Assembly: GCA_963749495.1 (NCBI GenBank)
Contig: CAVVMW010000004.1
Span: 320,001-384,000 of the forward strand
Direction: 5' to 3'
Source: an uncultured bacterium
GTDB taxonomy: Bacteria > Verrucomicrobiota > Verrucomicrobiia > Limisphaerales > UBA8199
Length of the DNA stretch: 64,000 nucleotides
Both the position numbers and the translations under genes were made by a program. Positions 1 through 10,789 of this stretch are shown here, one piece after another (the first letter of the stretch is position 1; each line of letters starts with the position of its first letter). The notes beneath the pieces were generated by a model that was given only the letters and a program-made list of their open reading frames with translations, made no database searches and was not told the DNA's origin.

Positions 1-70
1 GTGGTCCGTGGTCAGCAATCCGTAATCAGGCCGGTCGTGCCAGGCGCTGGCAGGTGACCTCAAACCGTCT

Positions 71-160
71 ATGCCGTTTCCATTGGCTCATCCGGCGGCG
101 GTCCTGCCGTTGTGGCGTTTTTGCCCACGGCGCTTGAGTCTTCCTGCGCTTATAAGGCGC
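71..160 (+). pseudogene. N-terminal fragment of a DUF4184-like membrane protein
   Basis: MPFPLAHPAAVLPL...LSLPALI resembles the DUF4184 N-terminus; similarity stops after about 28 aa. Confidence 0.5.
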
Positions 161-242
161 GGCGGTGGAACGAAGTTATCAGACGCAAGAATGTTCTCGC
201 AGCCCTGGAATGTCGCCAATCAGGAGGATGTACTGCCCCCTG

Positions 243-2099
243 CTACTCCACCGTGACGCTTTTGGCGAGGTTGCGCGGTTTGTCGACGTCGCAGCCGCGG
301 AGGACGGCGATGTGGTAGGCCAGGAGTTGGAGGGGCACGACGGTGAGCAGGGGCTGGAGGCAGTCGAGGGTGGGGGGGACGTAGAGGACGTTGTCGGCTC
401 TATTGGCAATTTCAGGGTCGCCTTGGGTGGCGACGGCGATGACGGGGCCGTTGCGGGCTTTGATTTCCTCGATGTTGCTCATGTTCTTGTCGAACATGGC
501 GTCGCGCGGGACGACGAAGACGCTGGGGAAATCGGGGCAGATCAAAGCGATGGGGCCGTGTTTCATCTCGGCGGAGGGGTAGCCATCGGCGTGGATGTAA
601 GAGATTTCCTTGAGTTTGAGCGCGCCTTCCAGGGCAATGGGGAAATTGAATTGGCGGCCCATGTAGAGGAATTGCCTGGCCTGGGCGTATTTTTGGGCGA
701 CGGCGAGGATGGCGGGGTCGGAGGCCAGGACCCGGCGGAGTTTGGCGGGGATGGCGTTGAGTTCGCGGGCGAGCTTGCGGGCCCGTGCCGCGGAGAGGCA
801 GCCGCGGCGGCGTCCCAGAGCCATGCCCAGGAGGGCCAGCCAGAGGACCTGCATGACGAAGGCCTTGGTGGAGGCGACGCCGATTTCGGGGCCGGCGCGC
901 ATCTGGAGGGTGGCATCGGACTCGCGGGCGAGGGTCGAGCCGGGGACGTTGACCAGGGCCAGGGTGCGGGCGCCCTGGGCGCGGGCGCCACGGACGGCGG
1001 CCAAGGTGTCGGCCGTCTCGCCCGATTGGGAGATGGAGACCACGAGTGTATGGGGCTCCATCGGGCGGTCGCGGTAGCGCATCTCGCTGGCGCATTCGAC
1101 CTCGACGGGGAGCCCGCAGAGGGTCTCGATAATGTATTCGCCGGCCAGCGCGGCGTGCCAACTGGTGCCGCAGGCGACCAGGAGCAGGCGGCGAACCCAG
1201 CCTAACTGGCGCGGGCCCAGGGCCTCTTCGAACTGGACAGCGCCGGCCCCGGGCCGCAGGACGCGGGGCAGGACCTCGGCGACGCGCTCGGGCTGCTCGT
1301 GGATTTCCTTGAGCATGTAATGGGGGAAATCGCCCCGCTCCGCCGCCTCGGCGGCCCAATCGACGGTGCCGATGTGGCGGCGGACGGGTTTGCCGCCGGC
1401 GCTGACCTGGACTTCGAGGGGGCTGACCACGGCAATGTCGCCGTCCTGGAGGTAGATGACCTTGCGCGTGTGGGCGATGATGGGGGAGACGTCGCTGGCG
1501 AGGAAGTTTTCGTCCTGGCCAAGGCCAACGACGAGCGGGGAGCCGCGCCGGGCGCCGATGATATGGCCGGGCAGCGCGGCATGGACGATGGCGATGGCGT
1601 AGGAGCCGGCGGCCTCACGGGTGGCGGCGAGCACGGCATCGGCCACGAGCGCGGGGGTCAGCGGTTTGCCTCGGGCCAGGCGCTGGTCCAGGTGGTGGCC
1701 GACGAGGTGGGCGAGGACCTCGGTGTCGGTTTGGGAGAGGAACTTGTGATTGTCTTTGAGGAGTTTGCGGCGGAGGGCGGCGTAGTTCTCGATGATGCCG
1801 TTATGGACCAGGGCGAGGTTGCCGGAGCGATCCAGGTGGGGGTGGGCGTTGGCATCGCTGGGCAGGCCGTGCGTGGCCCAACGGGTGTGGCTGATGCCCA
1901 GGCAACCGTGCGCCGGCTGCCGGAGGACCAACTCGGCCAGGCGCGAGACCCGGCCCACGCATTTGCGCACCTCCAGCGCCCCGCCCGAGAGGGTGCAAAG
2001 CCCCGCCGAGTCGTAGCCCCGATATTCCAGACGCCTCAGCCCCTCAATCAGGAGCGGCGTGGCCGTCTGTTTGCCGATGTATCCCACGATGCCGCACAT
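243..2099 (-). CDS. glmS: Glutamine--fructose-6-phosphate aminotransferase
   Basis: MCGIVG start, HTRWATHG, SQSGETADT and C-terminal DKPRNLAKSVTVE motifs; 618 aa. Confidence 0.99.
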   Translation of the reverse strand: MCGIVGYIGKQTATPLLIEGLRRLEYRGYDSAGLCTLSGGALEVRKCVGRVSRLAELVLRQPAHGCLGISHTRWATHGLPSDANAHPHLDRSGNLALVHNGIIENYAALRRKLLKDNHKFLSQTDTEVLAHLVGHHLDQRLARGKPLTPALVADAVLAATREAAGSYAIAIVHAALPGHIIGARRGSPLVVGLGQDENFLASDVSPIIAHTRKVIYLQDGDIAVVSPLEVQVSAGGKPVRRHIGTVDWAAEAAERGDFPHYMLKEIHEQPERVAEVLPRVLRPGAGAVQFEEALGPRQLGWVRRLLLVACGTSWHAALAGEYIIETLCGLPVEVECASEMRYRDRPMEPHTLVVSISQSGETADTLAAVRGARAQGARTLALVNVPGSTLARESDATLQMRAGPEIGVASTKAFVMQVLWLALLGMALGRRRGCLSAARARKLARELNAIPAKLRRVLASDPAILAVAQKYAQARQFLYMGRQFNFPIALEGALKLKEISYIHADGYPSAEMKHGPIALICPDFPSVFVVPRDAMFDKNMSNIEEIKARNGPVIAVATQGDPEIANRADNVLYVPPTLDCLQPLLTVVPLQLLAYHIAVLRGCDVDKPRNLAKSVTVE

Positions 2100-2139
2100 T
2101 GGCCGAGAGTAATTGGTCGGTTGTCATTGCTCCAGCACA

Positions 2140-2721
2140 TCATCCTTGTGATGGCCGATGGCCTGGCAATGTAGAGCCTGAGTCGCGAAAAATCCAGTCG
2201 GCGGCCGCGGCCAGGTCGTCAACAATGGCGGCGGCTCCGAGCTTTTCGGGGCAGAGGCGTTCGAGTTCGGCGCCGTAGCCGGTGCGGACCAGGAGGCATT
2301 TTCTGAGGCCCCCGTTCCAGCCGCATTCCAGGTCGATGAGCTTGTCGCCGATCATATAGCTGGCCGCCAGGTCTAGGCCAAATTCGTCACGGGCGTCCAG
2401 GAGGAACTGCGGGGAAGGTTTGCGCCCGCGGCTTGGCTGGTCGGGCGCCTCGGGGGCGATGTAGATCTTGTCCAGGCGCACACCCGCCAACTCGCCGCCC
2501 AGATGCCGGTGGACCCGCTCGACATCGTCCAGAGTGAAATAACCGCGCCCGACTCCGGACTGGTTCGAGACGAGGATGAGTTTGAACCCGGCGTCCTGGA
2601 GGCGCTTGAGGGCGGCCGGGACGCCCTCGTAAATGACGACCTGCTCGGGACGGCTGAGGTAGTTCTTCTCCTCAATCAGCGTCCCGTCGCGGTCCAGAAA
2701 GACAGCTCGCTGTGGATTCAA
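2140..2721 (-). CDS. gmhB: D,D-heptose 1,7-bisphosphate phosphatase (HAD-IIIA)
   Basis: FLDRDGTL, SNQSGVGRG, RKPSP and MIGDK motifs. Confidence 0.88.
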   Translation of the reverse strand: MNPQRAVFLDRDGTLIEEKNYLSRPEQVVIYEGVPAALKRLQDAGFKLILVSNQSGVGRGYFTLDDVERVHRHLGGELAGVRLDKIYIAPEAPDQPSRGRKPSPQFLLDARDEFGLDLAASYMIGDKLIDLECGWNGGLRKCLLVRTGYGAELERLCPEKLGAAAIVDDLAAAADWIFRDSGSTLPGHRPSQG

Positions 2722-2804
2722 GGCGCCAGGATGGTGCGGGAAAAGGGCGCTCTGGGAAAGGGGAATCGGTTGACTTTGCGCCGGCAGAATGTTTGTTGTT
2801 GGAA

Positions 2805-4001
2805 ATGATGGAAATGGAACTGTTGCTGTCTGGGAGGGCCTCGCGCGGGGGCCGGCGCTGGGTCTGGCGGGGCGGCAGCGGCGGGCGCCGGGCGCTGGCA
2901 GGGCTTTGGCTTTGCCTTGCGGGGGCCGGGGCGGCTTCTGGCGCGGATTGGCCGATGTTCCGGGGCGGACCGTCGCTCGTGGGCGTGGCGGCAGGCAGCC
3001 TGCGCGCGCCGATGGAACTCCGCTGGTCGTTCAAGACCGAGGGTCCGGTCAAGTCCTCCGCGGCGCTGGTCCAGGACCGCGTGTATGTCGGCTCGGATGA
3101 CGGCAATGTCTATGCCCTGGGCCTGGGGGACGGCCGCAAGGCCTGGGCGTTCAAGACGGGCGGGGAGGTGGAATCTTCCCCGTTGGCGCTCGAGGGCCGG
3201 GTCTATGTGGGCTCGAGCGACAACTTCCTCTACGCCCTGAACGCCGCCGACGGCAAGCCGGTGTGGAAGTGCGAGACCGGCGACAAGATCCTCGGCGGAC
3301 CCAACTGGGTGAAGTCGGGCAGCGCGACTCTCATCCTGGTGGGGAGCTACGATTTCAAATTGCACGCCGTCGAGGCTGCGAGCGGCAAGGCGGCCTGGAC
3401 TTGCGAGACCGGCAATTACATCAACGGCTCGCCGGGCGTGGCCGACGGCCAGGCGGTCTTCGGCGGGTGCGACGGTCTGCTGCACGTGATCGGGCTGGCC
3501 GATGGCAAACAGTTGAAAGAGGTTGAGGCCGCGCGTACATTGCCGGGTCGGCGGCCCTGACGGGCGGGCGCGCCTACTTCGGCCAGTTCGAGAACGAGTT
3601 CCTCTGCGTGGATGTCAAGGAGGGCCGGAAGGTCTGGGCCTTTCACGACCGCAATTTCCCGTATTACTCCTCGCCCGCGGTCACGGCGGACCGCGTTGTG
3701 TTCGGCGGGCGCGACAAATTGCTGCACTGCGTGAAACGGGAGGACGGCTCGAGTGCTCTGGAGTTTTCCCACGCGCGGCAAGGTGGACAGCTCGCCGGTG
3801 GTCTGCGGAGACAAGGTGGTCGTGGGCTCGGACGACGGCCGCCTCTACCTGGTGTCGCTCGACAAGGGCCAGCAGGTGTGGATGTATGAAGTCGGCCAAC
3901 CCATCGAGAGTTCGCCGGCCGTGGCGGATGGCAAAGTGGTTGTCGGCAGCGACGATGGGAGCCTCTATTGTTTTGGGGAAAAGGGAGCGGGCCTCAGGTG
4001 A
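2805..4001 (+). CDS. PQQ-binding-like beta-propeller repeat protein (two apparent frameshifts near 3530 and 3750)
   Basis: WPMFRGG, then repeated SSP...VYVGS.DG.LYAL...G...W units continuing across three frames. Confidence 0.85.
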
Positions 4002-4053
4002 CTGATCGATGCCTCTTGACCGGGGAACGGGTAATGCGCTGTCAAATCCGAGC

Positions 4054-5394
4054 ATGCACCTGATCCAGCTCACCCCCGGGGCCGGGCCGATGTATTGCGG
4101 CAATTGCCTGCGCGACAACGGGCTGGTGGCGGCCTTGCGCCAGATGGGGCACCAGGCGCTCCTGGCGCCGCTGTATCTGCCGCTGACGCTGGATGAGGCC
4201 GACCAGAGCGGCGGGACGCCGATTCTCATGGGCGGCATCAGCGTTTATCTGGCGCAGAAGCTGCCCTTTTTTCGGGCCGCGCCCGCCTGGGTGCGGCGCG
4301 CGCTGGCGGGGCCGCGGCTGCTGCGATGGGCGGCCGGGCGCGCCGCCAGGACGCGCGCCGAGGACCTGGGCGAGCTGACGCTCTCGATGCTGCGCGGGGA
4401 GGCGGGACGCCAGGCGCGGGAACTCGATGACCTCACCGCCTGGCTCAAGACGCAGCCCAAACCGGACGCCATCTGCCTGTCCAACGCGCTGCTCATCGGC
4501 CTGGCCCGCCGGCTGAAATCCGAACTGGCCGCGCCGGTGCTCTGCATGCTGCAGGGAGAAGACAGCTTCCTGGACCAGTTGCCCGAGCCGGCCCGGTCCG
4601 CGTGCTGGCAGACGCTCTCGCAACGCGCCGCCGATGCCGATTTGCTCGTCGCGCCCAGTCGGTATTTTGCCGAGACGATGTGCCGGCGCCTGGGCCTGCC
4701 CGCCGCGCGGGTCCGGGTGGTCTATAACGGAATCGGTTTGGACGGATACGGAGCGGAGAAAATCGGAGATGCGCGGGGCTTGGCGCCGGGTGCTGGAGAG
4801 GGCCCAGGCGGCTCGGTGCCCGGGGCGGCCCCGGTGCTGGGTTTCTTCGCCCGGATGTGCCGCGAAAAGGGGCTCGACCTTCTGGTCGAGGCCTATCTCC
4901 TGCTGCGGCAGCGCGGGCGCCTGAAGGACCTCAAGCTGCGGGTCGGCGGCAGTTACGGTCCGGGGCAAGCGCCCCTGGTTGGCTCCTTGAAGGCCCGCCT
5001 GCGCGCGGCGGGTGTGGCGGGCGACGTCGAGTTTTGCCCGAACCTGAGCCACGGGCAGAAGTGCGATTTTTTGCGCTCCCTGTCGGTCTTCTCCGTGCCG
5101 GCCCGGTATGGGGAGGCCTTCGGGCTGTATGTGCTGGAGGCCATGGCGGCCGGGGTGCCGGTGGTGCAACCGCGCAGCGGCGCCTTTCCCGAGTTGGTTG
5201 CAGCGACCGGGGGCGGAGTGCTCTGCGAGCCGGGCGATCCCTCCAGCTTGGCGCAAGCCATCGAGTCGTTGCTCCTGGCGCCCGCGGAGGCGCGCACCCT
5301 GGGCCGGCGCGGCCGCCAGGCCGTGTTCGAAAAGTTCAGCGCCAGAGCAATGGCCCAGGGAATGATCGAGGCGGTTGAAGGCATGAAGCGTTGA
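4054..5394 (+). CDS. Glycosyltransferase family 4
   Basis: EAFGLYVLEAMAAGVPVV GT4 motif; N-terminal MYCGNCLRD. Confidence 0.9.
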   Translation: MHLIQLTPGAGPMYCGNCLRDNGLVAALRQMGHQALLAPLYLPLTLDEADQSGGTPILMGGISVYLAQKLPFFRAAPAWVRRALAGPRLLRWAAGRAARTRAEDLGELTLSMLRGEAGRQARELDDLTAWLKTQPKPDAICLSNALLIGLARRLKSELAAPVLCMLQGEDSFLDQLPEPARSACWQTLSQRAADADLLVAPSRYFAETMCRRLGLPAARVRVVYNGIGLDGYGAEKIGDARGLAPGAGEGPGGSVPGAAPVLGFFARMCREKGLDLLVEAYLLLRQRGRLKDLKLRVGGSYGPGQAPLVGSLKARLRAAGVAGDVEFCPNLSHGQKCDFLRSLSVFSVPARYGEAFGLYVLEAMAAGVPVVQPRSGAFPELVAATGGGVLCEPGDPSSLAQAIESLLLAPAEARTLGRRGRQAVFEKFSARAMAQGMIEAVEGMKR

Positions 5395-5413
5395 GCCAAG
5401 TGCGTGTGCCCTC

Positions 5414-5441
5414 TTGACACAAGGCGCCAATGCGGTAGCCT
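5414..5441 (+). promoter_or_regulatory. Putative sigma70 promoter
   Basis: TTGACA-N16-TAGCCT about 10 nt upstream of ATG 5452. Confidence 0.5.
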
Positions 5442-5451
5442 CGCGAGCATT

Positions 5452-6300
5452 ATGAGATTCGGGATCAATACCTTCCTTTTCACGTCTCCCTTTACCAACG
5501 ACAGCACCCAGCTCTTCAAGCAATTCAAGAAATGGGGCTTCGAAACCGTCGAGATTCCCATCGAGGATCCCTCGCACATTGACCCGGCCTACGTGAAGGG
5601 CCGGCTCGACCAGCTGGGCCTGGTCTGCGGTTCGGTCTGCGCTTGCCTGGGGCTGGACCGGGACCTGCGGGGCACGCCCGAGGTCCAGCAGAATTGCCTG
5701 GATTACCTGGCCAAGGTGTTCGACCAGATGGTCGCGCTGGATTGCCCATCGCTCATCGGGCCGGTCTATTCGGCGGTGGGCCGCGCGGAGGCCGTGCCCC
5801 CGGCTGAGTACAAACGCCAATGGAAGACCGTGGTGAAAAACCTCAAGAAGGTCTGCAAGATGGCCGAGGCCCGCGGCAAACAGGTCTGCATGGAACCTCT
5901 CAACCGCTTCGAGAGCGATTTCATCAATACCTGCGACCAGGCGAAGCGGATGATCCACGATGTCGGCAGCCCCGCCCTCAAACTGCACCTGGACACCTTC
6001 CACATGAACATCGAGGAGAAATGCCAGGCGGCGGCCATCCGCAAGGCGGGCAAGCTGCTGGCCCATTTCCATGCCTGCGGCAGCGACCGCGGCACGCCGG
6101 GCGGCGACAGCATCGATTGGCCCGGCATCGCCGCCGCCCTCCACGCCGTCAAGTACCAGGGCGACGTGGTCATCGAGTCGTTTACGTCTGATGTCAAAGT
6201 CATCGCCCGGGCGGCCGCCATCTGGCGCCGCATCGAACCGACGCGGGATGAGATAGCCGTCAAGGGTCTCAAATTCCTGCGCAAGGCGCTGGCAAACTGA
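5452..6300 (+). CDS. Sugar phosphate isomerase/epimerase (D-psicose/D-tagatose 3-epimerase-like)
   Basis: EPLNRFE, LDTFHMNIEE, DRGTPG and VIESF motifs. Confidence 0.9.
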   Translation: MRFGINTFLFTSPFTNDSTQLFKQFKKWGFETVEIPIEDPSHIDPAYVKGRLDQLGLVCGSVCACLGLDRDLRGTPEVQQNCLDYLAKVFDQMVALDCPSLIGPVYSAVGRAEAVPPAEYKRQWKTVVKNLKKVCKMAEARGKQVCMEPLNRFESDFINTCDQAKRMIHDVGSPALKLHLDTFHMNIEEKCQAAAIRKAGKLLAHFHACGSDRGTPGGDSIDWPGIAAALHAVKYQGDVVIESFTSDVKVIARAAAIWRRIEPTRDEIAVKGLKFLRKALAN

Positions 6301-6354
6301 GTGGGCGCGCAGGAGCGCCGTTTCGCACAAAACCTCCAACCTAATGTGACGCTT

Positions 6355-7902
6355 ATGTTGAAGACACAACTACCCGGGGCCCTGGCCATGGCGGCAGCCC
6401 TCATCACCCTGGCCGTTGCGGCGCCCGCGCGGGGCGCCGAGAGCGGGTTCCAGAGCATCTTCAACGGCCAGGACCTGACGGGCTGGGACGGCAATCCCAA
6501 GCTCTGGTCGGTCCAGGACGGCGCCATCACCGGCCAGACAACCCTCAACAACCCGGCCCCGGGAAATACGTTCCTGGTCTGGACCAACGGCACCGTGGCC
6601 GATTTCGAGTTGCGCTGCTCGTTCAAGATGGTTCCGGGCGATAGCCGCGGCTTTGCCAACTCGGGCATCCAGTACCCGCAGCAGGATCTTCGACCCCAAG
6701 AACTGGGTCGTCGGCGGCTACCAGGCCGATATGGAGGCCGGCCCAACTACACCGGCAACCTTTATGAGGAACGCATCCGGGGCACCATGGCCGAGCGCGG
6801 GCAGAAGGTCGTTTATTCCGCAGATGGCAAGCAACACGTGACCGGTTCCGTGGGCAACGCCGCCGAAATCGAGGCCTCGATCAAAAAGGGTGACTGGAAT
6901 GATTACGTCATCATCGCCAAAGGCAATCACCTCCAGCAGTTCCTCAATGGAAGACAGACCGTGGACGTGACGGACGAGGACCAGGCCCATCGCGCCTTGA
7001 GCGGCATCCTGGCCCTTCAACTCCACGCCGGCCCGCCCATGATGGTCCAGTTCAAGGACATCCGAATCAAGACGCTCTCTGCCGCCGATGCCAAGAAGAT
7101 CGTCTTTCTGGCCGGGCCGCCCAGCCACGGGCCGCGCGAGCACGAGCACCGGGCCGGTTGCCTGCTGCTGGCGTCCTGCCTGGACCAGGTCCCCGGCATC
7201 ACCTGCGAAGTCTATAGCAACGGCTGGCCTCAGAACGCCGAGGCGGCCTTTGCCGATGCCGCCGCCATAGTCGTCTATAGCGATGGCGGCAGCGGCCACC
7301 CGCTCCTTCAGGACGACCGCCTCAAAGTCATCGGCGCCCTGATGGACAAGGGTGCCGGGCTGGCCCTCCTGCATTACGCCGTTGAGGCCACCAAGGAAAA
7401 GGGCGAGAAGGAATTCATCCAATGGGTCGGCGGGTGTTTCGAGACCGACTGGTCCGTCAACCCGACCTGGAAGGCGGACTTCAAGACCCTGCCCAGGCGC
7501 GCCGTCCTGCGCGGCGTCAACCCCTTCGCCATCACCGACGAGTGGTACTTCCACATGCGCTTCAGTGATGACGCCCAGGCCGTGAGGCCCATTCTCTCAG
7601 CCGTGGCGCCCGAGAGCACGATGGACCGGCCCGATGGTCCGCACGAGGGCAACCCCGCCGTCCGCGAGTCGGTCAAACGGGGCGACCCGCAGGTCGTGGC
7701 GTGGACTTGCCGCCGGCCCGACGGCGGCTGCGGCTTCGGCTTCACCGGCGGCCACTTCCACAAGAATTGGGGCAATGAGAACGTCCGCAAGTTGGTCCTC
7801 AACGCCATCCTCTGGACCGCCAAGGCCGATGTCCCGCCCGAGGGGGTCGAGTCGAAGGTGAGCGCGGAAGACCTCGAGAAGAATTTGGATAAGAAGCGCT
7901 GA
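6355..7902 (+). CDS. Secreted DUF1080 (3-keto-disaccharide hydrolase-like) + ThuA-like domain protein; compensating frameshifts at about 6677 and 6742
   Basis: IFNGQDLTGW, NSGIQY(RS), GYQAD in the alternate frame, ALQLHAG...VQFKDI; ThuA-like SHGPREHEH and FTGGHFH. Confidence 0.85.
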   Translation: MLKTQLPGALAMAAALITLAVAAPARGAESGFQSIFNGQDLTGWDGNPKLWSVQDGAITGQTTLNNPAPGNTFLVWTNGTVADFELRCSFKMVPGDSRGFANSGIQYPQQDLRPQELGRRRLPGRYGGRPNYTGNLYEERIRGTMAERGQKVVYSADGKQHVTGSVGNAAEIEASIKKGDWNDYVIIAKGNHLQQFLNGRQTVDVTDEDQAHRALSGILALQLHAGPPMMVQFKDIRIKTLSAADAKKIVFLAGPPSHGPREHEHRAGCLLLASCLDQVPGITCEVYSNGWPQNAEAAFADAAAIVVYSDGGSGHPLLQDDRLKVIGALMDKGAGLALLHYAVEATKEKGEKEFIQWVGGCFETDWSVNPTWKADFKTLPRRAVLRGVNPFAITDEWYFHMRFSDDAQAVRPILSAVAPESTMDRPDGPHEGNPAVRESVKRGDPQVVAWTCRRPDGGCGFGFTGGHFHKNWGNENVRKLVLNAILWTAKADVPPEGVESKVSAEDLEKNLDKKR

Positions 7903-7972
7903 GGCGTGGGGCAGCCCTTCATCGGTTGGACCTGGCCTCTACCTGCCCCCGCGTCTGCGGAATCACCTGCGC

Positions 7973-8194
7973 AGCGCGTGCGTCGCGGAGCGACGCAGTG
8001 AAGGTAGCCGTGGACCTTGGTCCACGGTTCAGGGCGTGGGCACGGTTCCGCGTCGCGCAGCGACGCCTGACACCTTGGGGCTGGCAGATCGCGAAGCCTG
8101 TTTTCAGGCGTCGCTGCGCGACGCGGCTGAGGTTGGGCCACGGGTCCGTGGACTGGAAGTCCACGGCTGCCATCAGGCACCGCTACGCGGTGAC
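7973..8194. repeat. REPIN-like palindromic element, family A
   Basis: Inverted GTAGCCGTGGAC..GTCCACGG arms with CGTCGCGNAGCGACG hairpins; homologous to 42370-42690 and 44429-44645. Confidence 0.85.
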
Positions 8195-8216
8195 GGAAGA
8201 TGGGCTAAGGGGCCAC

Positions 8217-8447
8217 TCAAACATGCGCCAGTTCGCTCCACTGCTCAGGTGGTGCCAGGAACGGGCCGCATCGCCGGGCCGGCGGCAGCTTCCATTCCGC
8301 AGCGCTAATCCGTCCGGGCGGATGAACCTGCGTCATGTACTCAAGCCCGCGCCGCACTACCTCGGCAAAGGACCACTCCTTTTCCGCAGCCACCTTCTTG
8401 GCCCGCTGATAAAGCTCATCCGGGATTTGGACTTGCGTCTTCGTCAT
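8217..8447 (-). CDS. Ribbon-helix-helix antitoxin-like protein (no toxin partner)
   Basis: MTKTQVQIPDELYQRAKKVA...SFAEVVRRGLE RHH pattern; 76 aa. Confidence 0.75.
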   Translation of the reverse strand: MTKTQVQIPDELYQRAKKVAAEKEWSFAEVVRRGLEYMTQVHPPGRISAAEWKLPPARRCGPFLAPPEQWSELAHV

Positions 8448-8503
8448 GATGGCAGTTTGCCATCATGGCGAACTGATGGCAAGCCTTCATTTCCGGGGGG
8501 CAA

Positions 8504-8566
8504 GGGGTCAGATCTCAACATTTGATATTTGTGCAGCACAAATATCAAATGTTGAGATCTGACCCC
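8504..8566. repeat. Perfect 63-bp palindrome (31-bp arms) starting GGGGTCAGATCT, family G
   Basis: ggggtcagatctcaacatttgatatttgtgc-a-gcacaaatatcaaatgttgagatctgacccc; same head motif at 25471. Confidence 0.95.
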
Positions 8567-8584
8567 ATCCCACCCATCCCACCC

Positions 8585-9615
8585 TCACAGCCCGTTGAGG
8601 GCATCCACCAACTGCCGGAGCCGGCCGTAGTCGCGCCGGTTGAAACCAAAGCCGATGCGCGGCAGGTCCGGGAAATCGCCATCGGCCACTTCCTCCGGCG
8701 TGGCCGAGGTGCGCTCGATTTGGGGGCCGGCGATAATATCGGCAAAATCCCGGTTCAGGGCCGCAGGGCGGAATCGGAGGGGGGCTGATTGAGGCGGATG
8801 ACGAAGAGGTCCTTCACGAAGCGGGTCGAGTGGAAATTGCGGTAGAAGCGGGTGATGATCCGGACCGCCTGGTCGGTGTCGTTGGTGATCTGGTAGAGAT
8901 GGAGATCGTCGGGCGAGATCAACTTTTGGCGGAGCAGTTGCGCGCGCACGTGCTTGTCCCAGGTCCGCCAATAGGCGCCGCCGGGCCGGTCGATCAGGAC
9001 CAGCGGCATCAACTGGCTCTTGCCGGTCTGCATGAGAGTGAGTGCCTCATAGCCCTCGTCCATCGTGCCGAACCCGCCCGGGAAAAGGGCCAGGGCGTCC
9101 GAGTGCCGGATGAAGATGAGCTTGCGGGTGAAGAAGTACTTGAAAGTGACGAGCTTCTTGTCCTCGCGAATGACGGGGTTGGCGGCCTGTTCCCAGGGCA
9201 GGCGGATGTTGGCGCCGAAGCTCATCTGCGGCCCGGCGCCTTCGTGCCCGGCCTGCATGATGCCCCCGCCGGCCCCCGTGATGACCATGAAGCCGGCCTG
9301 GGCTATCTTGCGGCCGAACTGGACTGCCTGCTGGTACTCGGGCTGCGCCGGCAGCGTGCGCGACGAGCCGAAGATGGTCACCTTGCGCACGTTGGCGTAG
9401 GGGGCAAAGAGCCTGAAGGCATACCGCAACTCGCGCACCGTGGTTTGAATCACCTTCACGTCGCCGCTGTCCCGCACGTCCTTGAGCAGTTTCAAGGCGT
9501 TCTCGATGATGTCGGCCACGCTCTCCTGGTTAAAGTTGCCGCCCCGGCAATCCATCAATTGCTGGATGCGCCGTCTCAACTCCGGGTCCATCGGCGGCTT
9601 CTCGCTCTTGACCAT
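8585..9615 (-). CDS. LOG family (TIGR00730) Rossmann-fold protein, frameshift near 8780
   Basis: VTIFGSSR, ITGAGGGIM, FKYFFTRK and PGGFGTMDE motifs; C-terminus in the adjacent frame. Confidence 0.9.
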
Positions 9616-9790
9616 AGCACCCAGAATAACCGCCCGCCGGGGCATTTCCAACACCCAATCGGAGGGTCGAGGGAAGGAAGTCGCGCATCCCGGTCCAGCC
9701 GGCTCATTGATGCTGCCTCGACAATGTTGGATTGCCGCGGAAACGGAGCCGATGCTGTGGAGCCGGGGTGCCGCCCCCTGGCCCCTCGAG

Positions 9791-9836
9791 ATTCGTCATT
9801 CGTCATTCGTCATTCGTCATTCGTCATTCGTCATTC
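9791..9836. repeat. Heptamer microsatellite (ATTCGTC)6
   Basis: Read directly from the sequence. Confidence 0.95.
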
Positions 9837-9889
9837 CCCCCTCCATTCCCCCCTTGCGCTAACGGCCCCCAAGGGCAACTGTTGGCTGC

Positions 9890-10700
9890 ATGAAATTCGC
9901 CATCTGCAACGAAATCTTCCAAGGCTGGAAATTCGACAACACCCTGGCCGCCGCCGCCCGGTTGGGCTACGACGCTCTGGAGATCGCCCCGTTCACGCTG
10001 GGGCCGACGGTGACCGACATCCTCGCCGGGGAGCGGCGCCGGATGCGCGAGGCTGCCGCACGCAGCCAAATCGCCATCGCCGGCATTCATTGGGTGCTGC
10101 TCAAGCCGGAGGGGCTTCACCTCAACCACCCCGACCCGTTGATTCGCCAACGCACGGCCCGCTACTTTTGCGACCTGGTGGATTTCTGCGCCGACCTGGG
10201 CGGCGCCCGCATGGTGGTCGGCTCGCCCAAACAGCGCAATGTCCTGCCAGGCGTCTCGCCCGAACTGGCCCGGCAATGGGCGCTTGAAACCTTCCGCCCG
10301 GCCGTGGCCCAGGCCGAAAGCCGCGGCGTCATCATCTGCTTCGAGCCCCTCTCCCGCCGAGACCAATTTCATCAACACCGCCGCCGAGGCCATCCAGTTC
10401 GTGGGCCAACTCCCCTCGCCGGCCTTCCGCATCATCCTCGATGTCAAGGCGATGTGCTCGGAGTCCAAACCTCTGCCGCAGATCATCCGCGAGTCGTGGC
10501 CGCACTTCGCCCATTTCCATGCCAACGACCGGAACTTCAAGGGACCCGGCTTCGGCGATGTGGATTATGCCCCCATCGCCGCTGCGCTCAAGGATGTCGG
10601 CTACACCGGTTTTGTCTCGGTGGAAGTCTTCAAATTCGACGAAGGCCCCGAGGCCATCGCCACGCGGAGCCTGGAATACCTCAGGCGGTCTTTCGGGTGA
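9890..10700 (+). CDS. Sugar phosphate isomerase/epimerase (TIM barrel), frameshift near 10355
   Basis: MKFAICNE, LEIAPFTL, GSPKQR, EPL, LDVKAM, HFHAND and SVEVF motifs. Confidence 0.88.
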
Positions 10701-10789
10701 AACGCAAGGCCATCCGCTCTGACTCGGATTCTCCGGCCAAAAGGGCCGGCAGAGCCTAGCAGGTATCAGGGCTGAGGCCGCCAATTTAG

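Noticed and set aside
2100..2140. glmS ribozyme upstream of glmS
   Set aside because: Only about 40 nt separate gmhB and glmS; no room and no motif
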